A stretch of DNA of 46,873 nucleotides from NCBI RefSeq assembly GCF_004010195.1, contig NC_057718.1, forward strand, positions 90,118,837 through 90,165,709. Reading direction: 5' to 3'. Of the stretch, positions 34,439 to 46,699 are shown piece after piece. This DNA is from Chiloscyllium plagiosum. Its lineage: Eukaryota. Made by a program: the position numbers and the translations under genes. The notes beneath the pieces are model-generated. The model was not told the DNA's origin. It saw nothing but the letters and a program-made list of their open reading frames with translations, and made no database searches. The first letter of the stretch is position 1; the number at the start of each line of letters is the position of its first letter.

Positions 34439-35750
34439 ATGCAGTGAGGGTCCAGGGTTATAGTGCAGTGAGGGTCCAGGTTTATAATGCAGCGAGGGAC
34501 CAGGTGTATAGTGCAGCGAGGGACCAGGTTCATAATGCAGTGTGGGTCCAGGTTTATAATGCAGTGAGGGTCCAGGTTTATAATGCAGTGAGGGTCCAGG
34601 TTTATAATGCAGTGAATGTCCAGGTTTATAATGCAATGAGAGTCCAGGTTTATCATGCAGCGACGGTCCAGGTTTATAATGCAGCGAGAGTCCGGGTTTA
34701 TAATGCAGTGAGGGTCCAAGTTTATAATGCAGAGGGTGTCCAGGTTTATAATGCAGTGAGGGTCCGGGTGTGTAATGCATTGAGAGTCCAGGTTTATAAT
34801 GCAGTGAGGATCCGGGTGTGTAATGTATTGTGAGTCCAGGTTTATAATGCAGTGTGGGTCCAGGTTGATAATGCAGCGTGGGTCCAGATTTATTATGCAG
34901 TGAGGGTCCAGGTTTATAATGCAGTGAGGGTCCAGGTTTATAATGCAGTGAGAGTCCAGGTTTATAATGCATTGAGGGTCCAGGTATATAATGCAGTCAG
35001 GGTCCAGGTTTATAATGCAGTGAGGGTCCGGGTGTATAATGCAGTGTGGGTCCGGGTGTATAATGCAGTGTGGGTCCGGGTGTATAATGCAGTGAGGGTC
35101 CGGGTTTATAATGTAGCACGTGTCCAGTTTTATAATGCAGCGAGGGTCCGAGTTTATAATGCAGTGAGGGATCAGGTTTATAATGCTGTGAGGGACTAGG
35201 TTTATAATGCAGTGTGAGGCCAGGTGTGTAATGCAGTGAAGGTCCAGGTTTATGATGCAGCAAGAGACCAGGTTTATAATGCAGCGAGTGTCCAGGTTTA
35301 TGATGCAGCAAGAGACCAGGTTTATAATGCAGTGAGGGTCCGGGTGTATAATGCAGTGAGGGTCCGGGTTTATAATGCAGTGAGGGTCCAGGTGTATAAT
35401 GCAGTGTGGGTCCAGGTTTATAATGCAGTGAGGGTCCGGGTGTATAATGCAGTGTGGGTCCAGGTTTATAATTCAGCGAGTGTCCAGGTTTATAATTCAG
35501 CGAGGATCCGGGTTTATAATGCAGTGAGGGTCCGGGTTTATAATGCAGTGTGAGTCCAGGAGTATAATGCAGTGTGGGACCAGGTTTATAATGCATCGAG
35601 GGTCCAGGTTTATAATGCAGCAAGGGTCTGGTTTTATAATGCAGCAAGGGACCAGGTATATAAGGCAGTGAGGGATCAGGTTTATAATGCTGTGAGGGAC
35701 CAGGTTTATAATGCAGCGAGGGTCCAGGTTTATAATGCAGCGAGGGTCCA
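34439..35750. repeat. 24-bp minisatellite (gtccaggtttataatgcagtgagg)n, about 54 visible units
   Basis: Direct tandem periodicity; 8-aa periodicity in the ORF track. Confidence 0.97.
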
Positions 35751-36084
35751 GTTGCTGGTTGTACTCTGCCTGTGACAAACAACCAAAGAGTGTGCTGTTT
35801 GATCTGATCCATGACATGCTTGTGCAAAAAGCCCATGTACCAGACAATGCACTGGCACTGAGTGTTGCTCAGGTTTGTGTGAAAGGCAGATTATGGCTTT
35901 GGACTGAAGGTAGCTTCCTGTCATTGGGAATTTGGATTGGAGTTTTGCCAAATGCTGAGCTGACTGCTGCCCCCTGCACATGTGCAGATGGTGCCGGTGA
36001 TGTCACATGGCTGCTACGGAGCCTTCCTTACCACATTGTGTTTGCACATGTAATGAGAACCACGCCACCATCACATACATTTTA

Positions 36085-36643
36085 ACATGAGGAATGTTTG
36101 AGGACTCTGGATCTATACTCGATGGGGTTTAGAAAGATGGGGGTGTGGAATCTAATTGAAGCATGCAGAATACTGAATGGCCTGGACAGAGTAGATGATG
36201 GGAAGATGTTTCCATTAGTAAGAGAGACTAGGACCTGAGGGTTGAGAATGTGGTGCTAAAAAAGCGCAGCCGGTCAGGCAGCAACCGAGGAGCAGGTGAG
36301 CCGACGTTTCGAGCATAAGCTCTTGACTCTGATCTCACTTTCTCCCAGTTGATTAGGACCCAAGGGCACAGCTTTAGTGTAAAGGGAAGACCTTTTAGAA
36401 TAGACATAAAGAGAAACTTCTTCTGCCAGACAGTGGTGAATCTATGGAATTCATTGCCACAGAAGGCCAGGTCATTGAGTATATTTAAGACAGAGAGAGA
36501 TAGGTTCTTGAGTATCAAGGGGATCAAGGGTTACGGGGAGAAAGCAGGAGAATGGGGTTGAGAAACTTATCAGCCATGATTGAATGGGGGAGCAGGCTCA
36601 ATGGGCTGAATGGCCTAATTTCTGCTCCTGTGTCTTATGGTCT
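36085..36643 (+). mobile_element. CR1 3' fragment with nested PLE-A (36242-36350)
   Basis: Duplicated ga.taggacc..aggg at 36226-36241 and 36351-36366; NFFCQTVVNLWNSLP. Confidence 0.88.
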
Positions 36644-37208
36644 TGCACACACAGGGAGTGCTTGTGGGTTTGGTTGACCCCTTTCACCAGGGTGTTGCCT
36701 ATTGACCCGGTCAGACTGTATTTTTCACTCACCTAAAGAAGCATGAAGATTTTCATTGTGATAACAAATCGATTCATCCCATCATCTCAAAAAAAAAGAA
36801 GCCTTGGTTGTAGCCAATCAGACAGTCTAAAGTAAACTCTGAGTAAGTAACACCCGTCCCATATGTCTGCACTCCGTCTCTGGTGAGGTCCGGGAATACA
36901 GCCCAGAGATTGTGGAGCCTTGAGATCTTCAAGCTCTAAACATTTTCTTTTGCTGCTGGGCGCCATGGGACCAGATTTCCCTGATTTGTTTTAACCCACT
37001 CATGACAGTTTTCTCCCAATGTCATTATGACATTGGCATCAACCTGGCAACGTTTGCCCTCGCCACCAAAAATATTAGTAAATCTAAACTGGCAAATGGC
37101 CACCTGCCCTCCTAATCATCATTGATTGAGCCATCAAAGTACTCCTGGTGCTCAGTAAGCTGAGCCATATCTTTCTCTCACTTTAGTACAAAGCTGATTC
37201 ACCAAAAC

Positions 37209-37795
37209 CAGTCTTTGTGATATAATGCAATAGTTCCACCCTCATGCGATCACGCGATGTAAGAAAATCATGTAATAGCAGCACCATTTAAACTAATGGG
37301 ACCGGAATTGCATTATAGCCAATACAGGTAAAGAAAGTTTTATTGGTCAGGGTATTGAGTACAGGAGTTGGGAGGTCATGTTGCATCAGTACAGGACATT
37401 GGTTAGGCTGCTGTTGGAATATTGAATGCAATTCTGGTCTCCTTCCTATCGGAAAGACGCTGTGAAACTTGAAAGGGTTTAGAAAAGATTTGAGGGTGGT
37501 ATGGGTATGGAATGGGCTGCCAGAGGATGTGGTGGAGGCTGGTACAATTGCAACAATTAAGAGGCATTTGGATGGGTATATGGATAGGAAGGGCTTGGAG
37601 GGATGTGGGCCGGGTGCTGGCAGGTGGGACCGGATTGGGTTGGGATATCTGGTCGGCATGGACGGGTTGGACCGAAGGGTCTGTTTCCGTGCTGTACATC
37701 TCTATGACTCTAAAGTTTGCGTTCTACAAATAATGGTCTACATTCTTCAATCGTGTTATAGCCCATTCACATTGAAGAAACGGCAGAACCAACTG
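37209..37795. mobile_element. Probable Tigger-like MITE split by CR1 (37340-37711)
   Basis: Right end gcagaaccaactg+TA; degraded left end cagtc...gatataa; (g)cgttata-type submotifs in both halves; aaagttt duplicated around the CR1. Confidence 0.55.
37340..37711 (+). mobile_element. CR1 3' fragment with internal deletion
   Basis: Jumps from aaaagattt to gagggtggta (~37490) relative to the 1505-2132 copy. Confidence 0.9.
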
Positions 37796-38189
37796 TACTT
37801 ACAATGAAACTTTACCGCCAGCCCTAGTCATTTTAGCTCCTTAACTCACGACACAATTAATGTCTTAGCATGTGTGATGTGAGTTCTGTCAACCAGCCCT
37901 TTATTGTTAACTCCTGCCTCTTGGTGCTCAGACACAATTGTCTTTGTACCTGGAGTTTTCACTGTGACGAATACTTGTTTTCAGGGTTGATTGATGGTCT
38001 TCGTTTTCGGGACATATTTATTAATAGGTACCGTTAGCTGTCTCTATTCACCTCCCCAGCCTGAGGAAGAATGTTTGTGAGTTTTCTAATTATCGACTAT
38101 ATTTCTGTAAAGTGGTGTAACTGCTTCCATCTGTCTGTTGTTAGATCAGGTGCAGATGGGAATTGAAACCTCGGTTTTGTTACGGGTGG

Positions 38190-40242
38190 GTTTGCTGAAG
38201 CAGAGTTATGATTACATGTACCTCATTATTTTGTGGTTGCAGGGGGTTCAGGACTTGCAGTTAAACATCCAAGGCTTTACAACTTATCAAAAAGACAGGG
38301 AGGTGGGCAGAGGGGGCGGGGTGCCTTGTGAGTTAAGAATGAAATTAAATCTATGGCACTGAATGACATAGGGTCAGAAGATGTGGAGTCTGTGTGGGTC
38401 GAGATGAGGAACCACAAAGGCAAAAAAAAACATAATGGGAATTATGTGCAGACCTCCTAGCAGTGGTCAGGACCAGGGGTGCAGGATGTACCAGGAAATA
38501 GATAGGGCATGTCAGAAAGGTAAGGTCACGGTGATCATGGGGGACTTCAATATGCAACTGGAACGGGTGAATAATGTTGCGGGTGGATCCAAAGAAAGAG
38601 AATTCATGGAATGCTTACAGGATGGTTTTTTGAACAGCTTGTGATGGAGCCCACAAGGGAGCAGGCTATTCTGGGGATTTAGTGCTTTGTAATGAACCAG
38701 AGTTTATAAAAGATCTGAAAGTAAGGGAAAACTTAGGAGGCAGCGATCATAACATGATAGCGTTCAGTCTGCAGTTTGAAAGAGAGAAGGCAAAAATGGA
38801 TATAACGGTGTGACAGTTAAATAAAGGTAATTACAGGGGGATAAGAGAGGAACTGATGAAAATTGAGTGTAAGCAGAGCCTAGTGGGGAAGACAGTAGAG
38901 CAACAATGGCAGGAGTTTCTTGGTATAATTGAGGGCACAGTACAGTGGTTCATGCCTTTGATAAGATGCCTCATGGGAGGCTGCTGAGTAAGGTGAGGGC
39001 CCATGGTGTTCGAGGTGAGCTACTGGCATGGATTAACAATTAGTTGTCTGACAGAACGCAAAGAGTTGCGATAAAAGGTTCTTTTTCGGAATGGCAGCCG
39101 GTGACAAGTGGTGTTCCGCAAGGTTCAGTGTTGGGGCTGCAACTGTTCACTTTATATATTAATGATCTGGATCAAGGGACTGGGGGAATTCTGGTGAAGT
39201 TTGCCGATGATATGAAGTTAGGTGGACAGGCAGGTAGTACTGAGGAGGTGGGGAGGCTGCAGAAATATTTAGACAGTTTAGGAGAGTATTGCAGGAAATG
39301 GCTGATGAAATTCAACGTGAGCAAATGTGAGGTCTTGCACTTTGGAAAATAAAGTACAGGCATGGATCATTTTCTAAATGGTGAGAAAATTCAAAAAGCC
39401 AAAGTACAAAGGGATCTGGGAGTGCTAGTTCAGGATTCCCTAAAGGTTAATTTACAGGTTGAGTCCGTGATTGTGAAAGCGAATGTAATGTTGTCATTTA
39501 TTTCAAGAGGGTTGGAATTTACAAACAGTGATGTGCTTCCGAGACTTTATAAAGCTCTAGTTAGGCCCCATTTAGAATACTGTGTCCAGTTTGGGGCTCC
39601 ACACCTCAGGAAGGACATACTGGCACTGGAGTGTGTCAGCGGAGATTCACACAGATGATTCCTGGAATGGTAGACCTAACATACGATGAACGGCTGAGGT
39701 TCCTGGGATTGTATTCATTGGAGTTGAGAAGGTTGAGGGGAAATCTAATAGAAATTTACAAGATTAGATTAGATTAGATTACTTACAGTGTGGAAACAGG
39801 CCCTTCGGCCCAACAAGTCCACACCGACCCGCCGAAGCGCAACCCACCCAGACCCATTCCCCTACATTTACCCCTGCACCTAACACTACTGCATGGCTTA
39901 GAAACGGTGGACGCTGGGAATTTGTTTCCAGTAGGCAGGGAGACTAGGACATGTGGGCACAGCCTTAGAATTAGAGGGGTCAATTTAGAACGGAAATGAG
40001 GGGACATTTCTTCAGCCAGAGAGTGGTGGGCCTGTGGAATTCATTGCCACGGAGCGCAGTGGAGGCTGGTCCATTAAATGTCTTCAAGGCAGAGATTGAT
40101 AAATTCTTGATCTTGCAAGGAATTAAGGGCTACGGGGAGAGTGCGGGTAAGTGGAGTTGGAATGCCCATCAACCATGACTAAATGGTGGAGTGGACTCGA
40201 TGGGTCCTTACTCCCACCTTTATGTCTTATGGTCTTATGGTC
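38190..40242 (+). mobile_element. Longest CR1: APE endonuclease and RT relics with internal deletion and nested V-SINE tip (39762-39889)
   Basis: CRPPSS...VIMGDFN (APE); TSGVPQGSVLG...YINDLD...KFADDMKL (RT); stops and frameshifts; (tatggtct)n tail. Confidence 0.95.
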
Positions 40243-40357
40243 ATTATTGAGTTTAGCACTGATCTGTTCAGGATTGGTTGTTTTTAATTATTGAAGTTTG
40301 GCAGAACTTGCTTGTACTTTTCTCCCTGTGCAGTTTAGCTTTTGTTATTCAGTGCAC

Positions 40358-41015
40358 TGGGGATGTGGTGTAGTTGGTAATGTAACTGGACTAGTAATGT
40401 AAACCTCCAGGCTCATGTTCTGGAGTCAGAGGTTCACATCCCACTATGGCACTTGGTAAAATTTGGATTCAATAAATATCTGGCAGGATCAATTATCTGA
40501 TCGAATCCCTGTAGTATGGAAGCAGGTCATTTGGCCCATCAAGTCTTCACCAACCATCTGAAGAGCATCCCACTCAGACCCACCTCCCCACTCTATTCTT
40601 GTAACCCTGCATTTCCCATGGCAAACTCACCTAGCCTGCACATCCCTGCACACTATGGGCAATTTAGCCTGGCCAATCCACTTAACCTGCACATCTTTGT
40701 GACTGTGCAGGGAAACTAGAGCACCCAGAGGAAACCCACGCAGACATGGGGAGAATGTGCAAACTCAACGCAGACCATCACCAGAGGGTGGAATTGAACC
40801 TGGGTCCCTGGCGCTGTGAGCAATCCACACATGACGTAACCATTGTTGTAAACGTGCATCGGCTTTGTGAATGTCCATTAAGGAAGGAAAACTATCATGC
40901 TTACCTGGTCTGGCCCACATGTGACCCCAAACGCACAGCGATGTGGTTGATACTTAACTGCATTTGTAGGAAATAAGTGCTGACTTAGCCAGTGATGCCC
41001 GCATCCCATGAATTA
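40358..41015 (+). mobile_element. SINE-B with antisense V-SINE nested (40500-40820)
   Basis: ggttcacatccc B-box-like; ttacctggtctggcccacatgtgacc; tail gcatcccatgaattaa. Confidence 0.8.
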
Positions 41016-41109
41016 ATTCAAAACAAACTTGCGAGGTCTGTCAGTTCTGCTGTGTTTGTTTAACTGACACCTTTTCCCTTCAGACAATGATGTCATTCAT
41101 GTCGGCTGA

Positions 41110-41822
41110 CCACCGGCTATGACTGTTGCCTCTGAGCCAGTAAGTTGTGGGTTCAAATCTCACTTCAGAGGCTTGAGGCCACATGTCTACCCTGACGCTT
41201 AGGTGCAGTGCTGAGAGAGTGCTGCGTGTGGATGAGTTGCTAAACCTCATTAACCTGTGTTCAATTCCCACCTCAGGCAACTGGCTGTGTGGAATTTGCA
41301 CATTCTGTCCATGTCTGCGTGGGTTTGCTCCAGTCTCCTTCCTCAGAGCAAAGATGTGCAGGTTAGGTGGATTGGCCAGGCTCAATTGCCCTGTAGTGTC
41401 CACAAATGTGCAGGTTGATTGAATAGCCATGGGAAATGTAGGATTGCAGTAATGGGGTGGGTTTGGGTGGGGATGCTCTTCAGAGGGTCAATATGGCCTT
41501 AATGGGCTGAATGGCATGCATCCACACACTGTAGGGATTCTATGATTTGCCTGTTCACGTAGACATATAAGTTCCATGGTGCTATTTGTACAGAGAGCAG
41601 GGTAATTAAACTTGGTTAATTGCCAGTAGTTTTCACTAGGTCAGCATCATGAAATACAGATTAACTGGGTCAATATTACATTGCTGTCTATGGGAGCTTG
41701 CTGTGTGAAAATTGGCAGCTGCGTTTCCTAAGTCACAACAGTGACTGCATTTCAAAAGTAATTGATTGACATTCAGTGAGAGACATCCAATGGTCATGAA
41801 AAGTGCTATATAACTTGAGGCT
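41110..41822 (+). mobile_element. Deu-domain SINE (SacSINE1/AmnSINE1-like) with nested V-SINE (41255-41547)
   Basis: gcagtgctgagagagtgctgc; acattgctgtctatgggagcttgctgtgtgaaaattggcagctgcgtttcct...acaacagtgact; tail gaaaagtgctatataa. Confidence 0.8.
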
Positions 41823-41857
41823 TTATTTGATGTTTCAGTGCAGTTTTGGGAGGGGTC

Positions 41858-42548
41858 TTATCTGCTATCTCAGGTGGACATTAAAGGTCCCGCAGCAAAA
41901 TGGAGGAGAAGGCGAGTGACCTGGCCAATATTTCTCATTTAACCTCCACCACTTAAAAAAAAGGTCTGGTTATGATTACATTGCTAGTTGTGAGAGTTTG
42001 CTGTGTGCAAGTTGGTTAATAATTTTCTTACATTGCTACAGTGACAGCAAGTGGAAAGATTTACAAGGATGTTGCCATTGTTGGAGGGTTTGAGCTATAG
42101 GCAGGGGCATCAGAAGCTTAGGGGTGACCTTATAGAAGTTTATAAAATCCTGAGGGGCATGGATTGGGTAAATAGACAAGGTCATTTTCCCTGGGTTGGG
42201 GAGTTCAAAATTAGAGGACGCAGGTTTAAGGTGAAAGGGGAATGACATAAAAGGGACCTGAGAGGTAACCTTTTCACACAGGATGGTGCGTGTATGGAAT
42301 GAGCTGCCAGAGGAAGTGGTGGAGGCTGGTACAGTTACAACATTTAAAAGGCATCTGGATGGTCACATGAATAGGAAGGGTTTAGAGGGATTATGGGCCA
42401 AATGCTGGCAAATGGGACGAGATTAATTTAGGATATCTGGTTGGCATGGACAAGTTGGACTGAGTGGACTGTTTCTGTGCTATGTAATTCTATAACGCAC
42501 TTTAGAAAGTCCCAAGGTCATGAAAACAGCTATATAAATGCAAATTGT
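41858..42548 (+). mobile_element. Second Deu-domain SINE fragment with nested CR1 (42050-42494)
   Basis: ctcaggtggacattaaaggtccc...cctggccaatattt...acattgct; tail ggtcatgaaaacagctatataaatgcaa. Confidence 0.75.
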
Positions 42549-43319
42549 TAGTTGTTTGAAACCTGCAATCAGATTTTCCTTGATGTGAGTTCTTTTCCAA
42601 TTGAGAAGCCCTTGAACAAATTGACTTCAAGTTACAGTTTGTTCCAAATCAATGGTACGTGAAAACATCTCATTCTTAAAGATCAGAGATATAATAATCT
42701 AAGATTAGAATCATCTTCTACCAAAGCACACAAACCACAAGTACTAAAGAGTTACTCATTACTTTCTGAACAGATCAATGAAAATTCACACTGTGGCCAG
42801 AAACTGCAGCACAGTGTCACCTTGAAAGGAACTGGTTTCAGAGTATAAAAATCTTTACATTAATATAAGTTCCTTAAGTGTGCACTACTGAGTCTCCTTG
42901 GAGTGGTGATGTACCCCGTTGTCTGCAGTTAGGACATGAATCAGGAAAGGCTAGTGGTTTCAATCTTTGCAATTATTGCTCCTTTATAAAAGTAAATGTA
43001 AATAAAAACAAGTCGCAGTTAGACCCAAGCTTCCAACTTCTTTGTTTTAATGAATATAATTGCGGCAAACAATGTTGAGGAAAGAGGTAATTGGGATCCA
43101 GCAATGCAGTTTGATCTTTGCTTTGCCTTCTGTCATCAAGTCTGTTTGTTGCAATGTAAACTGGAGTGAAATTAAGTGCCAGTCTTTCTTTTCAAACTGG
43201 GAGGCTGAACATTTCCAAACCATTGAGGCTAATCTGACTGCCTGAAGTTTGTGGGTCAATCCTTGCATATTTTTCTGTATAAGGGTGTAATCTTTTAAAA
43301 TTCTCTAATTATTTGGCAT

Positions 43320-43925
43320 TACGTCCTCAGTCTAAGGAGGATTGCATGATTCTGGCCAGTCCCTCTTCAATTTCTACCCTGGCTTCAGTGTTCTCAAGTT
43401 CACTCATTTGGTCCTGGTGACTTGTCAACTTTAAATCCAGCCGGCGTTTCTCTGACCTCCCCCTTTATCAATTTCAGCCGGTCCAGCATCTCAACTGCAT
43501 TTGTTTTCACTGCCACTGTGACAGCACTTGTTTTCCTCAGTAAATGACTCATTTAGTACCTCTGTATCCAGATCCCCTTTTTCAGTCTCTAATCAGTCTT
43601 ACCCCGCTTTGTGGCCCCTTCACTGTTTATAACTTAATAAAGTACATTTTGAAAGTTTTTTTAAACTTTGGCTGCCATTGAATTTTCATATTTTCCCTTT
43701 GCCTCTATGATCTCCTTTGGCATTTGCTCTATGAATTTTCTGATTCATTTTTGTTCTCACTTGTATTATCAACCTGACCTGTGTGTCATATGTCCCTTTT
43801 TCTGCTTCTTCTCACTCTCTCTCTCTCTCTCTCTTTCATTGATTCAGGGAACTCTGGTTTAGACTATGTACCTTTTCCTCCATGTGGGAACACAATATGA
43901 GTGCATCTGCACCACCCTTCTTTAA
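43320..43925 (-). mobile_element. Very old CR1 ORF2 internal fragment
   Basis: Reverse of tttggtcctggtgacttgtcaactttaa translates LKVDKSPGPN. Confidence 0.55.
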
Positions 43926-43939
43926 TGTTCTGTTCCAGG

Positions 43940-44535
43940 CATTTGGCATGCTTGCCTTCATTGGTCAGAGCATTGTGTATAAGCATTGAGAGGTCACGTT
44001 GCAGCTGTACAGGACATTGGTTAGGCCATTCTCGGAATACTGCATATGGCTCTGGTTACTCTGCTATAGGCAGGATATTGTAAAATTGGAAAGGGTGCAG
44101 AAAAGACTTCCAAGGATGTTACCAGGACTGCAGGGTTTGAGTTATAAGGAGAGGCTAGATAGGCTGGGACATCTTTCCCTGGAGCTTAGGAGCTTAGAGG
44201 TTTATAAAATAATGAGTTAAGGTGGATAACAAAGATCTTTTCCCCAGGGTCGGGGAGTTCAAAACTAGAGGGCATAGGTTTAAGGTGAGAGGGGGAAGAT
44301 TTAAAAAGGACCTGAGGCGCAACATTTTCACACAGAGGATGGTGCGTACATGGAATGAAGTGCCGGAGGAAGCGATAGATGCAGGTACAGTTATAATGTT
44401 TGGACAGGTCCATGAATAGGAAAGGTTTAGAGGCACATGGGCCAAAAGCAGGCAAATGAGATTAATTTGGCTTGGGAAACCTGGCCGGCATGGACAGGTT
44501 GGACCGAAGGATCTGTTACTGTACTGTGACTGAAA
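43940..44535 (+). mobile_element. CR1 (HER1-like) 3' fragment
   Basis: QLYRTLVRPFSEYC; RNIFTQRMVRTWNEVP. Confidence 0.9.
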
Positions 44536-45624
44536 TTGACCATAGCCAGATCCATTCTCACCTCATTCAAATTATTCACCCTAGCCTCTCACTATTCTCT
44601 AATTTTATTATTTCTCATTGCCAATGTAAACCTGAAGATATTATGATCACTATTCCCTTGTTTTCCTTTACACTGTACTCTGTACTGCTATTATAGGGTA
44701 TTAAGACCAAAGGTATCCTTACTTGAGACAAAACGCTCAAATGTACTTCCTGGGATATTCCTTTCTGATAAGATAACCTTTGAACTCTAACATGTACTTC
44801 AACATGGCTTCAATATCACTGATGCCCTTTCATTCTTTGTGTGAACAGCAACAGAGAACCAGTTTGATCATGGCTGTGATTTTATACTGTCATCTGGAAG
44901 AGGCTCCAAACAAATAATTATGTTTCTCCACAGTTGTGTAAAGATGACATTATTTTGTCAAGTGAATGGCTGTCCTAATGGCTGTCCTTTATTGGTGCCA
45001 CCAGTTCATGTAAATAGGGTGGACCAGATTTATCAAAACATACCTAAACTGATAATAAATGCCAGATCTGTGGAGGTAGAATTATAACGTGAGGCAGAAT
45101 GGCATTCTAAATTACATCATGAGAGAAAGAAATTTGTATTTTTTGACAATGTGGGAAGGTGATACATCACATGACAGACTGGACCAGAAGAGAAGCCAGT
45201 TATTACCTGAGTACCTTAGTTATTACAAAGTCCCAGATCTTGTTTCAATGGGTCAGAAGGAGTAGAACTGAGGGGCAAAGGAAGGACAGGAGCAGGCAGA
45301 GGTGAGTGAAGCATTTGCTTTCACCAGTGATAAATGGCAACTCATGTGGTCTGCATTTATTGCTGCTAGTCATACTCAGACACTTCACCTGATCAACAAT
45401 AATCCAATAACTCGCTGATGGTCTAACTGGTAGTAACATCTTACCTGTAGCTAGTGCTCTTCCAATAACCTGTTGATATTCACCCTAAATCGTAGCTAGA
45501 CATTGGAACAGTCTAGCTTCCTGTTGATGTCACACCCACCTTCCCCCACTGTAGGCTTGGATTCTGGTTCGGATTATGTGGATGGTATCGACTCTGAACT
45601 GGGAGCTTCAGTCAATGCTAATCT

Positions 45625-46680
45625 TTACCTCACTCTGCTAGGGCTACAGGTGCTTGCTCTGTTTATGCATGACTTGGATGACAGATGTGAATGTGCCATC
45701 TCCAAGTTCATGGAGACATGGAAACAAATGGCAAAACAATTACTGGAGATAACTGGCACGGAGGCTCAGCGGCTAGCACTGCTGCCTCACAGCGCCAGGG
45801 ACCCGGGTTTGATTCCAGCCTCGGGCGACTGTCTGTGTGCAGTTTGCATGTTCTCCCCGTGTCTGTGTGGGGTTTCCTCCGGGTGCTCCAGTTTCCTCCC
45901 ACAATCCAAAGATGTGCAGCTAAGGTGAATTGGCCAGGCTAAATTGCCCCATTATGTTCAGGGATGTGCAGGTTAGGCGGGTTAGCCATGGGAAATACCG
46001 GGGTGGGGTGGAGGTGAGATGCCCTTTGGAGAGTTGATGCAGATTTGATGGGCTGATTGGCTACTTTCTGCACTGCAGGGGTTCTAAGACACAAGCAGCC
46101 TGCAGAGACTGGACAGAAACTTGACAGCTGGAATATAACATGGGAAGATGTGAGGTTATTCACTTTGGCAGGTAATTAATAAAGAGCTGAAGATTATTTG
46201 AATAAGGAAAGACGGCAAAAAGCTTTAGTTCAATGCAAATGGAATATTTGCCTTTATTTCAAAGGAAATGGAGTATAATAGCAGGGAGGTCTTTCTATAT
46301 TTTTACAGGGCACTAGTCAGACCACAGCTGGAATACTGTGAACAGTCCTCTTATCTCAGGACAGATACATCGGCATTGGAGGCAGTCCAGAGAAGGTTCA
46401 CTGGGTTGACTCCAGGTATGGAGGAATTTCCTAATGAGGAGAGGTTGACTAGGTTGGGTTTGTAGTCTATTGGAGTTTAGAAGAATTGAGAAGTGAATTT
46501 ATTGGGAGGTAGAAGGTTCTGAGGGGCCCTTACAGGGTGAGATGCTGTTTCCTCTCACAGGGGAATCTATCACCAGAGGGCATCATCTCCGAGTAAAGCT
46601 TCACTCATTTCAGACAAAGATGGTGGAGCCTCCAATTTTCATTCCATCGGGATGGGGTTGCACATTTAAGACAGATCTCC
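45625..46680 (+). mobile_element. Old CR1 RT/3' fragment with nested V-SINE (45755-46086)
   Basis: FMHDLDD..ECAISKF; YRALVRPQLEYC..LEAVQRRFT. Confidence 0.8.
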
Positions 46681-46699
46681 CTGACCTCCACACCCGGAG

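Noticed and set aside
34439..35750. CRISPR-like array
   Set aside because: Units are contiguous with no unique spacers, and the context is eukaryotic
42789..42816. V(D)J D-segment-like cactgtg-14nt-cacagtg
   Set aside because: No nonamer at 12 or 22/23 spacing on either side; the nearest look-alike (ataaaaatc) is 28 nt away
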